Below are positions 18,571-30,726 of a stretch of DNA of 64,000 bases, piece by piece; position 1 is the first letter of the stretch, and each line of letters opens with the position of its first letter. Below the pieces are notes generated by a model. That model saw only the letters and a program-made list of their open reading frames with translations. It was not told where the DNA came from and searched no databases. Source of the DNA: Aquificota bacterium (GTDB lineage: Bacteria; Aquificota; Aquificia; Desulfurobacteriales; DQVG01); NCBI GenBank assembly GCA_027002265.1, contig JAMOTM010000043.1, forward strand, positions 12,103-76,102, written 5' to 3'. The translations under genes and the position numbers were made by a program.

Positions 18571-19704
18571 ATGAAAGATTTAGAAAAAACAATTCTAAAA
18601 GAGGCTGCAGATTTTGCAATAGAAAAAAGAAAAAAAATAATTCCTGAGCTTTCTGGAAAAGAAGAAAAGACCTCAAAACTTGTTTTTGAAACTTTAAAAT
18701 CTTTAGGGTATAAACCATATTTTCTTAAAAATACCTATAACGTTTTATGTAAACTTGATTTAGGAAAAGAAAAAACTTTGGCTATTAGAGCGGATATGGA
18801 TGCTTTACCCTTTGGAGATAAAATTATTCATGCTTGCGGACACGATTTTCATACGGCCACTTTGCTTGGACTTGCTTATATCTTTTCAAAGAAAGAATTT
18901 CAAGAAAAACTAAAGGTAAATTTACTTTTTATTTTTCAATCTTCAGAAGAGGTAAAAGAATATTCTGGGGCTGAAGCTATTGTAAAAGCTGGAATTTTAC
19001 AAAAGGAAAATGTGGATGCTATTATTGGTTTTCATGTTTTTCCAGAGCTTCCTATTGGAAAAATAGGTGTTAGAAGTGGTCCTATGATGGCGGGTAGTGA
19101 TGTTTTTGAATATATTATAAAAGGAAAGGCTTCCCATGCATCTCGACCTCATTTATCTAATGAAACAATTTCTGCTTTAGGTCAACTTATAACTAAACTT
19201 AATATTATTCCTTCTAGAAAAATTAACCCCTTGGAGCCTGCTTTAATTTCAATTGGAATAGTTCAAGCTGGAAGTGCAGAAAATGTTATTCCAGATAAAG
19301 CATATTTAAGGGGTACTATAAGATACTACTCAAAAGAAGTAAGAGAGGCTATTTTAGATAATATGGAAAAAGCAAAAAATTCTGTTGATGAGTTTTTTGG
19401 AACAGATACATCTTTGTATATAATTCGTGGGAATGAGCCTGTAATAAACGATAAGTCTTTAGTGGAGTTAATAAAAAAAGTAGTAATTAATTATCTTGGC
19501 CCAGAAAGTTTTGAATATTTAGAATATCCTTCTATGGGAAGTGAAGACTTTAGTGAGTACTTAAAAGTGGTAAAAAAAGGATGCTATTTTAGAGTGGGCG
19601 TGGGTGGAAATTATCCTCTTCATAATCCTTTATTTAAAGCTCCGGATGAGGCTATTATTTATGCTTTAACAACCTTATATGGAGTTGCAATAAATTATGA
19701 GTAA
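18571..19704 (+). CDS. M20D-family amidohydrolase (N-acyl amino acid amidohydrolase or hippuricase-like)
   Basis: IRADMDALP and HACGHD metal-binding motifs and a characteristic M20D N-terminus. Confidence 0.75.
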   Translation: MKDLEKTILKEAADFAIEKRKKIIPELSGKEEKTSKLVFETLKSLGYKPYFLKNTYNVLCKLDLGKEKTLAIRADMDALPFGDKIIHACGHDFHTATLLGLAYIFSKKEFQEKLKVNLLFIFQSSEEVKEYSGAEAIVKAGILQKENVDAIIGFHVFPELPIGKIGVRSGPMMAGSDVFEYIIKGKASHASRPHLSNETISALGQLITKLNIIPSRKINPLEPALISIGIVQAGSAENVIPDKAYLRGTIRYYSKEVREAILDNMEKAKNSVDEFFGTDTSLYIIRGNEPVINDKSLVELIKKVVINYLGPESFEYLEYPSMGSEDFSEYLKVVKKGCYFRVGVGGNYPLHNPLFKAPDEAIIYALTTLYGVAINYE

Positions 19705-20227
19705 TATAATAGCTTGCTATCCTGGCACTTTTGATCCAGTAACTTTGGGTCATTTGGATGTTATAAAAAGAGCTACTAAACTTTTTGATAAGTTAATTAT
19801 TGCGGTTGCGGAAAGTACAAAGAAAAAAACTTGGTTTAGTGTTAAAGAAAGAATAGAGCTTATTAAAGAAAGTTTAAAAGAGCTTTCTATAGATCTTTTT
19901 AAAGTAGAAATTTTTAGTTTTGACACTTTACTTGTAGATTTTTGTAAAAAGCATAAAGTTAATGTTATAGTAAGAGGTATTAGAGTTGTTTCTGATATGG
20001 AGCACGAGTTTAGAATGGCTTTTATAAATAGAAAACTAGCTCCAAATATAGAAACTATATTTTTAATGCCAGATGAAAAATTTGCTTATCTTTCTTCCTC
20101 CTCTGTTAGGGAAATTGCTTTCTATGAAGGAAATCTTTCTTGTTTTGTTACAAAATGTGTAGAAAAAGCTTTAAGGGTAAAGGTAAAAGAATTAAAAAGA
20201 AATATGAAAATTTTAAAGGAAAGTTAG
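19697..20227 (+). CDS. coaD: Phosphopantetheine adenylyltransferase
   Basis: YPGTFDPVTLGHLD signature. Confidence 0.85.
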   Translation: MSNIIACYPGTFDPVTLGHLDVIKRATKLFDKLIIAVAESTKKKTWFSVKERIELIKESLKELSIDLFKVEIFSFDTLLVDFCKKHKVNVIVRGIRVVSDMEHEFRMAFINRKLAPNIETIFLMPDEKFAYLSSSSVREIAFYEGNLSCFVTKCVEKALRVKVKELKRNMKILKES

Positions 20228-20237
20228 GAGATAAAAA

Positions 20238-21011
20238 TTGATAAACTATATTCATTTTCTTGGTTCAGGTGGAAGTAGATATGTAGTTTTTGATCTTTTA
20301 AGAAAAGCTGGAGGAGTTCAGTTTCGTTTTGAAAACATTGTTTTTCATGTAGATCCAGGTCCCTGTGCTCTTTATATGGCTATAAATTTTGGAATTCGTC
20401 CAAAAGATTTAGATTTAATTTTTCTTTCTCATATTCATCTTGATCACTCTGCAGAAATTAACTCGATTTTAGAAAGTATGACTACTGGAGGTAGAAAGAA
20501 AAAAGGAATTTTATTTGCTCCAAAGGAAGCTCTTGAAGGAGAAAGCAGGGTAGTTTTACCTTATACTCAAAGTCATATGGAAAAAATTTTTACTTTAAAA
20601 GAAGGCTTTGAATATGAATATAAAAAAGGGTTAAATACTTTAAAGGTAGTTACTCCTATAAGACATGATCATGGAGTTGAAACTTATGGTTTTTTATTTT
20701 TTTATAAAAATTTAAAAATTGGATGGATAACAGATACTCGTTATTTTGAAGATTTAAAATATGCTTATAAAGAAGCTAAGGATATTTTAATTTTAAATGT
20801 TATTGCAAAAAAGAAATATTATGATGTAGATCATTTATTTGGAAAAGATGCTCTTGAACTTATCTCCTATATAAAGCCAAAACTTGCTATAATAACTCAT
20901 CTTGGGAAAAGTTTAATAAAAGAAGGTCCCGAAAAGTTTGCAAGGGAGCTTTCGGAAAAAACAAAAGTGAAGGTGATATCTGCTTATGACAATTTAAAAA
21001 TTCCTTTATGA
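20238..21011 (+). CDS. MBL-fold metallo-hydrolase
   Basis: HLDHS motif and LGSGGS near the N-terminus. Confidence 0.6.
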   Translation: MINYIHFLGSGGSRYVVFDLLRKAGGVQFRFENIVFHVDPGPCALYMAINFGIRPKDLDLIFLSHIHLDHSAEINSILESMTTGGRKKKGILFAPKEALEGESRVVLPYTQSHMEKIFTLKEGFEYEYKKGLNTLKVVTPIRHDHGVETYGFLFFYKNLKIGWITDTRYFEDLKYAYKEAKDILILNVIAKKKYYDVDHLFGKDALELISYIKPKLAIITHLGKSLIKEGPEKFARELSEKTKVKVISAYDNLKIPL

Positions 21012-21021
21012 AAAAGAAAAA

Positions 21022-23181
21022 ATGAAGACTATAAAAATTAAATATCCAAAACTTATAAAGATAAAGATATTTTTTCTTATTTTTTTATTTTTAGTAAGCA
21101 CCTTAATTTTACTTTATCATTATTTTATCTCAACATATAAAAGTGTTCACAGTTTAGACTATGAACTAAAAAAGCTTGAGCTTGTCTTAGCCTTAAATAA
21201 AATTGTAGATGATTTAATAAAAGAAAGATATTATCTTTTACAAAATCCTAAATATTACAATATTCAAGTAAATATAACTAATAGGGATGTAAGTAATTTC
21301 TATGCTTTAAAAAGAAAATATAATATTTATAATTTTCCAAATTTTAATTTAAAAGAAGAAATTAAATTAGCTAGAACTTCAAAGGATATAAATACCTACT
21401 CAAAACTTATCGAAAATCTTTCAAAAATTTTTTTATCTTCAATGTTATCTATAAATTATCCAGATTTATCTTCTTTATATATGTTTATATACTTATCTTC
21501 TTTGTATAAAAACTACCTATACTTAGAGGAAATGTATCTATCTTCTAAGTATAAACTTTATAAAGAGCCTCCTTATAAAATAATAAAAAATTTACGTCTT
21601 CAAAAATATAATGAAATTAGGCTATTACTTCAAAAGGATAAGGTAGACATTGAAAAAAATTTAATTTCTTTTGAAAATTTTAGGAAAAACATAAATTTTG
21701 AAAGTTTAGTGGATATTTCAAATATTTATGAGAGCTATATTAAACTTTGGAGTAGATTTGAAAAAATATATATTTCTAATAAATTAAATAAAATTAAAAT
21801 AAAAATTTATAGAACAAAAGTTACTTTTTATGAACTTCTTATTTTTACTAGTTTTATTTTTATAATAATTTTACTTTCGGCTCGAAGATTTTATAATGAA
21901 ATAGCTAATTTACTTAATCAAATAAATAAAATTTATAAAAATATCTCCCAAAATTCCTTTGGTACCCGCCTTACAGTAGAAAGGAAAAATGAACTTGGAG
22001 AGATATCAAGCTATATTAATCTTATTTTAGATATTTTAGAGAAATCTTTAAATGAATTAAAACTTACGGTAGCTCATGAAGAGGCTTTTGCAAAAATAAT
22101 ATCTCATGAGATTAAAAATTTTTTAAGTGGAATATATTTTGCTTTAGAAAAATTGAAAAATTCTAATTTATCTAAGGAAGATAGAAAAATTTTAGAAGAT
22201 ACTTTGAAAAGTTTAACTATAATAAAACTTCTTTTAGAAGATCTAACGGATCTATCTCAAATAAGAAAAAGAAAAATTATTTTAGAGGAAAAAATTATTA
22301 ATTTAAAAGAACTTTTCGAAAATGTAGTAAATATAATTCTTTATAGAAAAAAACCTTCTGTGGAATTTGAAATAGATTTTGAAAATATTGATAATTATTA
22401 TTTGGTAGATCCAAAAAGACTTTCTCAAATAATTATTAATCTATTATCTAATGCTTTTAAGTATACTCAAAAAGGAAAAGTTAGGTTGAAAGTTTTTATT
22501 GAACCAAAGGATAAAAATATAGATATTTTAAATATCTGCGTAGAAGATACTGGAGTAGGTATTCCAGATAAAGATAAAGATAATATTTTTCATCTCTTTT
22601 CTCGAACAAGTTTGACAAAAAATATAGAAGGTACTGGTATAGGTTTATACATTGTAAAAAATATTGTTGAAGCCTTAAATGGAAGTATTGAATTTGAAAG
22701 TAAGGAAAATAAAGGAACTTGTTTTAAGGTTAAGATCCCTATAAAGAAAGTAGATGAAAAGGAGCTAAATAAAAGTTTAAAAAAGGTTAGAAAGGAAACT
22801 AAACCTTCTTTAAAAGATATTAATCTTCTTGTTGTAGATGATATTGCCTTAAATCGAGAACTTATAAAACTTCTTGCGAAGGGTTTAGGTATAAAAAATA
22901 TTTTTGAAGCTTACAGCAAAGAAAGTTTTTTAGAAGCTTTAAAAAATAATAAAATAGATGTAATTTTTTTAGATTATCATCTTCCCCCTTATGAAGCTTC
23001 CCAAATTTTAAAAGAAAAGGAAGTTTTAAATTATTTAGAAAAGTACAAACCCAAAATATATATTTTAAGTGGAGAAGGACTTACAAATGAAAAACTAAAA
23101 GATATTGAAAATTTAATAGATGGCATTTTGGAAAAGCCTATAAGAGCGGAAGATTTAAAAAGAGTTATGGAAAATATATAA
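21022..23181 (+). CDS. Hybrid sensor histidine kinase / response regulator
   Basis: N-terminal transmembrane helices, a phospho-acceptor His box (AHEEAFAKIISHEIKN), ATPase G-boxes (DTGVGI, GTGIGL) and a C-terminal receiver domain (LLVVDD...FLDYHLP). Confidence 0.8.
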   Translation: MKTIKIKYPKLIKIKIFFLIFLFLVSTLILLYHYFISTYKSVHSLDYELKKLELVLALNKIVDDLIKERYYLLQNPKYYNIQVNITNRDVSNFYALKRKYNIYNFPNFNLKEEIKLARTSKDINTYSKLIENLSKIFLSSMLSINYPDLSSLYMFIYLSSLYKNYLYLEEMYLSSKYKLYKEPPYKIIKNLRLQKYNEIRLLLQKDKVDIEKNLISFENFRKNINFESLVDISNIYESYIKLWSRFEKIYISNKLNKIKIKIYRTKVTFYELLIFTSFIFIIILLSARRFYNEIANLLNQINKIYKNISQNSFGTRLTVERKNELGEISSYINLILDILEKSLNELKLTVAHEEAFAKIISHEIKNFLSGIYFALEKLKNSNLSKEDRKILEDTLKSLTIIKLLLEDLTDLSQIRKRKIILEEKIINLKELFENVVNIILYRKKPSVEFEIDFENIDNYYLVDPKRLSQIIINLLSNAFKYTQKGKVRLKVFIEPKDKNIDILNICVEDTGVGIPDKDKDNIFHLFSRTSLTKNIEGTGIGLYIVKNIVEALNGSIEFESKENKGTCFKVKIPIKKVDEKELNKSLKKVRKETKPSLKDINLLVVDDIALNRELIKLLAKGLGIKNIFEAYSKESFLEALKNNKIDVIFLDYHLPPYEASQILKEKEVLNYLEKYKPKIYILSGEGLTNEKLKDIENLIDGILEKPIRAEDLKRVMENI

Positions 23182-23185
23182 AGTA

Positions 23186-23216
23186 AAGCTTCGCCCAAAA
23201 AATAAGGGCGAAGCCT
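23186..23216. terminator. Bidirectional terminator GCTTCGCCC-aaaaaataa-GGGCGAAGC
   Basis: Perfect 9-bp stem between convergent genes. Confidence 0.65.
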
Positions 23217-23217
23217 A

Positions 23218-23412
23218 TTATCTTACAGCTTTTAATACTTTTCCAGCTTTTAAACACTTAGTACATACCCAAATTCTTTTAACTTTTCCATCTACAACAG
23301 CTCTAACTTTTTGTAAATTTGGTTTGAATTTTCTTGAAGATACTCTATGAGAATGGGATATTTGTCTTCCGATTTTCACACTTTTTCCACATATTTCACA
23401 TTTTTTAGACAT
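23218..23412 (-). CDS. rpmB: 50S ribosomal protein L28
   Basis: A 64-aa protein starting MSKKCEICGK... with a zinc-ribbon-like C..C....C..C, characteristic of L28. Confidence 0.8.
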   Translation of the reverse strand: MSKKCEICGKSVKIGRQISHSHRVSSRKFKPNLQKVRAVVDGKVKRIWVCTKCLKAGKVLKAVR

Positions 23413-23477
23413 TTTTTACCTCCTTATTATAAAAGGTGGAGGTAATTATATCACAATCTATTTTTATTTTTTTATTT

Positions 23478-24557
23478 TTAAGTATTTCTACGTAACCTTC
23501 TATACTTTTGAAGTCTTCCAAGAATTTTAGCAACAGCTCGGTAAAGTTCAACTGGAATAGGTTCATTTATATCTACGGAGTGATAAAGAGTTCTTGCTAA
23601 AACAGGTTCTCTAAAAATTGGAATTCTATGTTTTTTTGCTTCTTCAATGATAAGTTTAGCCATTCTATCTACTCCTTTAGCTACAACAATAGGAGCGGTA
23701 TCTTGAGGGGGTTTATATCTTAAAGCTACGGCATAGTGAGTAGGATTTGTAATTACAACATCAGCTTCTTTGACTCTTTTTATCATTTTTCTACGATTGA
23801 AAATTTCTATCATTTTCCTTCTAATTCTCTTTTTAATTTCAGGATTTCCCTCTACAGCTTTCATTTCCTCTTTCACTTCTTGTTTTGTCATTTTTAAACT
23901 CTCAAGATATCTCCATCTTTGAAAATAATAATCTGCAAGTCCTAGGGGAATAGATATTAAAAATGCAAAAAAGAGCATTTTTATAATAAATATAGCTATA
24001 AACTTATCTAAATTCTCTGGAGGAGACACGCTAAAGGAAAGTATTTCATAAAAATATCCTTTAAAAATGTAAAGTAAAATTGCACCTACAACTATAAATT
24101 TAAAAATGCTTTTTAAAAGCTCAAAATAAAAAGTAACTTCAAAAAATCTTTTAAAAAAATTTATAAGTCCTGTTATTGGATTGATTCTTGAAAAATTAAA
24201 TCCAAGGGGAGCTGTGGTAAATAAAAATCCAACTTGAATAAAGTTTATAGTAAGACCAACTACTAAAAAGGTTAAAAGAGGCGGTATTAAAAGAAGCATT
24301 ATTATTTTAATTAAAGTATTTGCTAAATTAAAGAAATTTTCAAAGTTTAATGAAAAACCTTGGGAAATTAAGTTAAAAATATAAAAAAATAGCTCTTCTA
24401 ATTTTCTTTTTGCAAAAGGAAAGTAATATATGAAAAATATAAAAGCTGCTAGAAAAGTTCCAAGAATTGGTAAATCTTGACTTCTTGCTACATTACCTTG
24501 AGCTCTGGCTTTAGCAATCCGCCGCGGCGTGGGTTTTTCAGTTTTATTTTCAGCCAT
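23478..24557 (-). CDS. flhB: Flagellar biosynthesis protein FlhB (type III export apparatus)
   Basis: N-terminus MAENKTEKPTPRRIAKARAQGNVARSQDL, four transmembrane helices and an NPTH autocleavage motif (VVITNPTHYAVAL). Confidence 0.85.
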   Translation of the reverse strand: MAENKTEKPTPRRIAKARAQGNVARSQDLPILGTFLAAFIFFIYYFPFAKRKLEELFFYIFNLISQGFSLNFENFFNLANTLIKIIMLLLIPPLLTFLVVGLTINFIQVGFLFTTAPLGFNFSRINPITGLINFFKRFFEVTFYFELLKSIFKFIVVGAILLYIFKGYFYEILSFSVSPPENLDKFIAIFIIKMLFFAFLISIPLGLADYYFQRWRYLESLKMTKQEVKEEMKAVEGNPEIKKRIRRKMIEIFNRRKMIKRVKEADVVITNPTHYAVALRYKPPQDTAPIVVAKGVDRMAKLIIEEAKKHRIPIFREPVLARTLYHSVDINEPIPVELYRAVAKILGRLQKYRRLRRNT

Positions 24558-24571
24558 CTAAAAGCTCACAT

Positions 24572-25994
<1,423 letters not shown>

Positions 25995-26037
25995 AATTTT
26001 TCCTCCTAAATTTTTTAAGTAAAATTATAAATCAATA

Positions 26038-26784
26038 TCAAACACTTCCCATAAGGTTCCCAAAGATTAAAACCCGCTCTCCTATTTCAATTTCATCTGT
26101 TTTAGAAAGTTGAAAGGCTTTTAATTGATATTTATCTATTTCAAGATCTAAAATAATAATATCTTCTTTTAAGGTTATATTTTTTACTATCCCAACAAAT
26201 TCGTAGTATGCTTTATTTATATATTTAAAGTAAGTTTGAAAAAGTTTATAAGGTTTAGTTTTATAAAATCTTAAAACTTTATAAGCTTCTTCTTTTAAAA
26301 GCTCTTCAAGTTTTTCAATAGCTCGGTAATTTCCTTGAGATGCTAAATCTATAAGCTCTTTATTATCTTCTAACAGAAAATCTATTTTTGAGAGAATAGG
26401 GAGTTTTACAAGTTTTTTAATTTCTATGCTTAAGTTTATATCCATAATCTCATTTTTCTTAAGTTTATCTTGAACTTTGCCGAAATTTACGAAATAAAAA
26501 TAAAGAGTTTTTGCATTTTCTATTTCTAGGGCTTCTACTAATGGAGAAAAATCATTTATATTTTTGGCTAAAAAGGTAATATCTTCAAATCCGTATTTAT
26601 AGCTATCTTTTAAAGATGTATATTTTCCTAGAAATAGGGTTTTGGGTTTAGGGGAAAAAATGCTTTTAGAATATTTTTTCAGGTAGTAATTACATGAAAC
26701 AAACAAATTATCTTCTTTACACTCTGAAATTAGCTCTTCCCCAATATCTAATATATCATCTAAAATATCTATTTTGTATATCAC
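26038..26784 (-). CDS. Hypothetical protein (248 aa)
   Basis: ORF only. No recognisable motif. Confidence 0.35.
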   Translation of the reverse strand: MIYKIDILDDILDIGEELISECKEDNLFVSCNYYLKKYSKSIFSPKPKTLFLGKYTSLKDSYKYGFEDITFLAKNINDFSPLVEALEIENAKTLYFYFVNFGKVQDKLKKNEIMDINLSIEIKKLVKLPILSKIDFLLEDNKELIDLASQGNYRAIEKLEELLKEEAYKVLRFYKTKPYKLFQTYFKYINKAYYEFVGIVKNITLKEDIIILDLEIDKYQLKAFQLSKTDEIEIGERVLIFGNLMGSV

Positions 26785-26852
26785 TTTATTTCCAAAATAA
26801 AAATCTAAAAATTGGGGGAGTATCCCCCCTAAAAATTTTAATATAAGTTATT

Positions 26853-27275
26853 TTAACCCACAATTTCAAGTTGAGAGAAGAAAAATGGAATTTCTACTTT
26901 TGCAGATTCTGGGGAATCTGAAGCATGAACAGCGTTTTTTCCTACATCTGTTCCATAGAGTTTTCTAATAGTTCCTTCCGCAGCTTTAGCTGGATCGGTA
27001 GCACCTATAATTTCTCTAACATAAGAAATAGCATTCTCTCCTTCTAAAACCATAGCTACAACTGGTCCTGAGCTCATAAAGTCTGTAAGTTCATCATAGA
27101 AAGGTCTATCTTTATGAACAATATAAAATTTTTTTGCATCTTCCTTGGTAAGCTTTGTCATTTTTAAGGCTTTGAGCTTTAATCCCTTTTCCTGAAAAAT
27201 TCTAATAATATCTCCCACTGCGTTTTTACTTACAGCATCTGGCTTAATAATTACTAGAGTTTGTTCTATTGCCAT
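26853..27275 (-). CDS. ndk: Nucleoside diphosphate kinase
   Basis: TLVIIKPDAV and the NAVHASDS active-site His motif. Confidence 0.85.
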   Translation of the reverse strand: MAIEQTLVIIKPDAVSKNAVGDIIRIFQEKGLKLKALKMTKLTKEDAKKFYIVHKDRPFYDELTDFMSSGPVVAMVLEGENAISYVREIIGATDPAKAAEGTIRKLYGTDVGKNAVHASDSPESAKVEIPFFFSQLEIVG

Positions 27276-27298
27276 CTTAATATCCTCCTAACAATTTT

Positions 27299-28927
27299 TT
27301 ATTCCCATTCTATTGTTCCCGGGGGTTTTGAAGTTATATCATATACTACTCTATTTACACCCTTAACTTCATTTACTATTCTATTTGCTATTCTTTCTAA
27401 GACTTCATACGGAAGTTTTACCCAATCTGCTGTCATTCCATCTGTACTTTCAACAGCTCTTACAGCAATTACATATTCATATGTTCTTTCGTCTCCCATA
27501 ACTCCAACGGTTTTTATAGGTAAAAATACCGCAAAAGCTTGCCAAATATCTTTATAGAGATTTGCTTTTTTTATTTCTTCTAAAACAATGGCATCTGCTT
27601 CTCTTAATATATCTAAATATTCTTTTTTTACTTCTCCTAAAATTCTAATTGCAAGTCCAGGTCCTGGAAACGGATGACGATAAATAATTTCATCTGGAAG
27701 ACCAAGAAGTTTTCCTATTTTTCTCACTTCATCTTTAAAAAGTTCTCTTAAAGGTTCTATAAGCTTGAACTTAAGTTTTTCTGGAAGTCCGCCTACATTA
27801 TGATGGGTTTTTATAGTTACAGAAGGCCCTTTTACAGATACACTTTCTATAACATCTGGATACAAAGTTCCTTGAGCTAAAAACTCAAAATCTTCTGGAA
27901 GTTCATTTTCATCTTTATGTTTTAAATCTTCTTCGGTAATTTTCACTTTTCCACCTTGCTTTAATATAGATGGAATATGATGAACTACATACTCAAAAAC
28001 ATCTATGAAGGTATGACCTATTATTTTTCTTTTTTTCTCAGGATCTACTATACCTTTAAGTCTATTTAGGAAAACTTCGGAGGCATCTACTGTAATAAAG
28101 TTTTTCATATTTAGTTTTTCTTTAAAGGTTTTTTCTACAGATTCTCTTTCTCCTTTTCTTAAAAGACCTGTATCTACAAATACGGGATAAAGTTTATCTC
28201 CAATAGCTTTATGTAAGAGAGCTGCTACTACAGAAGAGTCAACTCCTCCAGATAAAGCACAAATAACTTTTTTGTCTTTAACTATATCTCTAATTTTCTT
28301 AATTTCATACTCAATAAAATTTTCTGGCGTCCAAAGTTTTTCGGCTTTAGCAATTTTTGTAGCAAAGTTTTCTAAAATAATATCTCCATAAGTACTATGT
28401 TTTACTTCAGGATGAAATTGTAAAGCATATATAGGTAGATTTTTATGTCTTATAGCTGCAAAAGGAGCATTTTCAGTATAACCCAAAACTATAAAGTCTT
28501 TAGGAAGTTCTTCAAGTTTATCTCCATGAGACATCCAAACTTGAAATTCTTTTGGAAGATTTTCAAAAAGTAAATCTTTTTCTTTCACCTTTAAAATAGC
28601 TTTTCCATATTCTCTTTTTTCTGCTTTTCCTACTTTTCCACCAAAATAATCTGCTACTATTTGCATTCCATAGCATATTCCTAAAATTGGAACTCCAAGC
28701 TCAAAAATTTTATAATCTGGTTTTGGAGCATTTTCCATATAAATGGAATATGGGGAACCAGATAAAATTATTCCGTTTGGATTAAATTCTTTTATTTTTT
28801 CTATAGGCATATTAAAGGGATGAATTTCACAGTAAATATTTTTTTCTCTAAGTCTTCTAGCTATAAGTTGAGTATATTGGGAACCAAAATCTAATATCAG
28901 TATCTTAGAAGAATGTATATCTTTCAT
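27299..28927 (-). CDS. guaA: GMP synthase (glutamine-hydrolysing)
   Basis: N-terminal GATase domain ([20 protein letters not shown]) and an ATP-PPase SGGVDSSV motif. Confidence 0.9.
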   Translation of the reverse strand: MKDIHSSKILILDFGSQYTQLIARRLREKNIYCEIHPFNMPIEKIKEFNPNGIILSGSPYSIYMENAPKPDYKIFELGVPILGICYGMQIVADYFGGKVGKAEKREYGKAILKVKEKDLLFENLPKEFQVWMSHGDKLEELPKDFIVLGYTENAPFAAIRHKNLPIYALQFHPEVKHSTYGDIILENFATKIAKAEKLWTPENFIEYEIKKIRDIVKDKKVICALSGGVDSSVVAALLHKAIGDKLYPVFVDTGLLRKGERESVEKTFKEKLNMKNFITVDASEVFLNRLKGIVDPEKKRKIIGHTFIDVFEYVVHHIPSILKQGGKVKITEEDLKHKDENELPEDFEFLAQGTLYPDVIESVSVKGPSVTIKTHHNVGGLPEKLKFKLIEPLRELFKDEVRKIGKLLGLPDEIIYRHPFPGPGLAIRILGEVKKEYLDILREADAIVLEEIKKANLYKDIWQAFAVFLPIKTVGVMGDERTYEYVIAVRAVESTDGMTADWVKLPYEVLERIANRIVNEVKGVNRVVYDITSKPPGTIEWE

Positions 28928-29050
28928 TCGTTTTAACCTCTTTTTTTTGAGGGTAATTTTATCAAAAATGAAATAAAAACAATAACTTAAAAATTCTAAA
29001 AGAAGCTCAAGTAAGATTTAAAAATTATTGGATGGAAAAATAAAGAAAAA

Positions 29051-29142
<92 letters not shown>

Positions 29143-29148
29143 AAAAAA

Positions 29149-29243
29149 TGGCGGAGGGACTGGGATTCGAACCCAGGGGCGGGCGACTAACCCGCCAGGT
29201 GATTTCAAATCACCCGCCTTCGACCGCTCGGCCATCCCTCCGC
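29149..29243 (-). tRNA. tRNA-Ser (anticodon TGA), CCA-encoded
   Basis: The reverse complement has acceptor stem GCGGAGG/CCTCCGC, anticodon stem GGTGA/TCACC with loop TTTGAAA, a long variable arm and a TTCGAAT T-loop. It ends in CCA. Confidence 0.8.
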
Positions 29244-29419
29244 GAATAATTATATTATTTTTTCATTGTAAGTCAAGAATTAAAATTATTTATTCCCCAA
29301 ATAGATACGCAGATATTACCCAGTTTAATAATGTAAAGAAAAAAATTATCCTTCTAAAATATTAAATTGGCACGGAGAAAAAATTAAAGAAGTAGTTCTA
29401 AAAAGAAGGATAGTATTAA

Positions 29420-30726
29420 TAATTTCTATACCGTAACGGTTTAAAGTAGAAGAAAAACAAGATATAGCAAGAAGATTGAAAGATTAGTTTCCATACCGTA
29501 ACGGTCTTATTTAAAGGAGAAATATATCACAGATTACGAAATTATTAGTAGAGAGTTTCCATACCGTAACGGTCTTATTTAAAGAGGATTTTCGTTAATC
29601 CTGAATTCAACTGTCTTTACAGTTTCCATACCGTAACGGTCTTATTTAAAGGAATAATATGCTTTATTATCATTTGTAATAAAAATACGAGTTTCCATAC
29701 CGTAACGGTCTTATTTAAAGAACATTAGAAAAAAATAAAAGTAAGGGGGTAAGAAAGTTTCCATACCGTAACGGTCTTATTTAAAGATATAGGAATAGTT
29801 GTTTTGGTTGTAGGATTGATTTAGTTTCCATACCGTAACGGTCTTATTTAAAGGACAGCAATGCTTATTTGTTCTTCCCTAAAAGAATTTGTTTCCATAC
29901 CGTAACGGTCTTATTTAAAGGAGAAATATATCACAGATTACGAAATTATTAGTAGAGAGTTTCCATACCGTAACGGTCTTATTTAAAGCTTGCATATTTC
30001 CTTACCAAAGCATCAATTCCCAATTCGTTTCCATACCGTAACGGTCTTATTTAAAGGAGAAATATATCACAGATTACGAAATTATTAGTAGAGAGTTTCC
30101 ATACCGTAACGGTCTTATTTAAAGTTATGAAGTTGTTGTTGTGATACAGAAGAGATTGTTGTTTCCATACCGTAACGGTCTTATTTAAAGGGAAATCAAT
30201 TATTTTATAAATAATTCTCCAGATAGAGTTTCCATACCGTAACGGTCTTATTTAAAGAAGTAATAAAAACTGAAAAGGGGGTGTGAAATGTTTGTTTCCA
30301 TACCGTAACGGTCTTATTTAAAGGTTGGGGGGCTATGAGGAACTCAGATTACACTTTTAAAGTTTCCATACCGTAACGGTCTTATTTAAAGTTTGAAAAT
30401 GAACGAATAAAATTGAAGTGGTTGTTGAAGGTTTCCATACCGTAACGGTCTTATTTAAAGTTTATTAAATTTCCATTTATACTTATTGCTAAAGTTAAGT
30501 TTCCATACCGTAACGGTCTTATTTAAAGAACTTTAATATACGCTTGTGCAAGAAAATCATTATTGTTTCCATACCGTAACGGTCTTATTTAAAGAATGAG
30601 ATAAATTTGCAATAAAATGAGTTTATCAACGTTTCCATACCGTAACGGTCTTATTTAAAGTGAAGAGAATATTTTAGAAATTGAAATGAAATAAAAGTTT
30701 CCATACCGTAACGGTCTTATTTAAAG
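29420..30726 (-). CRISPR. CRISPR array: 19 intact 30-nt repeats (GTTTCCATACCGTAACGGTCTTATTTAAAG on +) plus one degenerate terminal repeat at 29420-29445, with 19 spacers of 36-40 nt
   Basis: Repeats were counted directly at 29486, 29555, 29622, 29691, 29757, 29824, 29891, 29959, 30027, 30095, 30161, 30228, 30294, 30362, 30431, 30499, 30565, 30631 and 30697. The degenerate repeat at the left end and the AT-rich leader at the right imply minus-strand transcription. The reverse complement of the repeat ends in ATGGAAAC, a typical type I/III 5'-handle. Confidence 0.95.

Noticed and set aside
18536-18718. 60-aa minus-strand ORF overlapping the M20D amidohydrolase start
   Set aside because: It is antisense to a gene with a convincing conserved N-terminus, and its translation is poly-F/L junk.
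27261-27557. 98-aa + strand ORF spanning the ndk/guaA junction
   Set aside because: It is antisense to two conserved genes.
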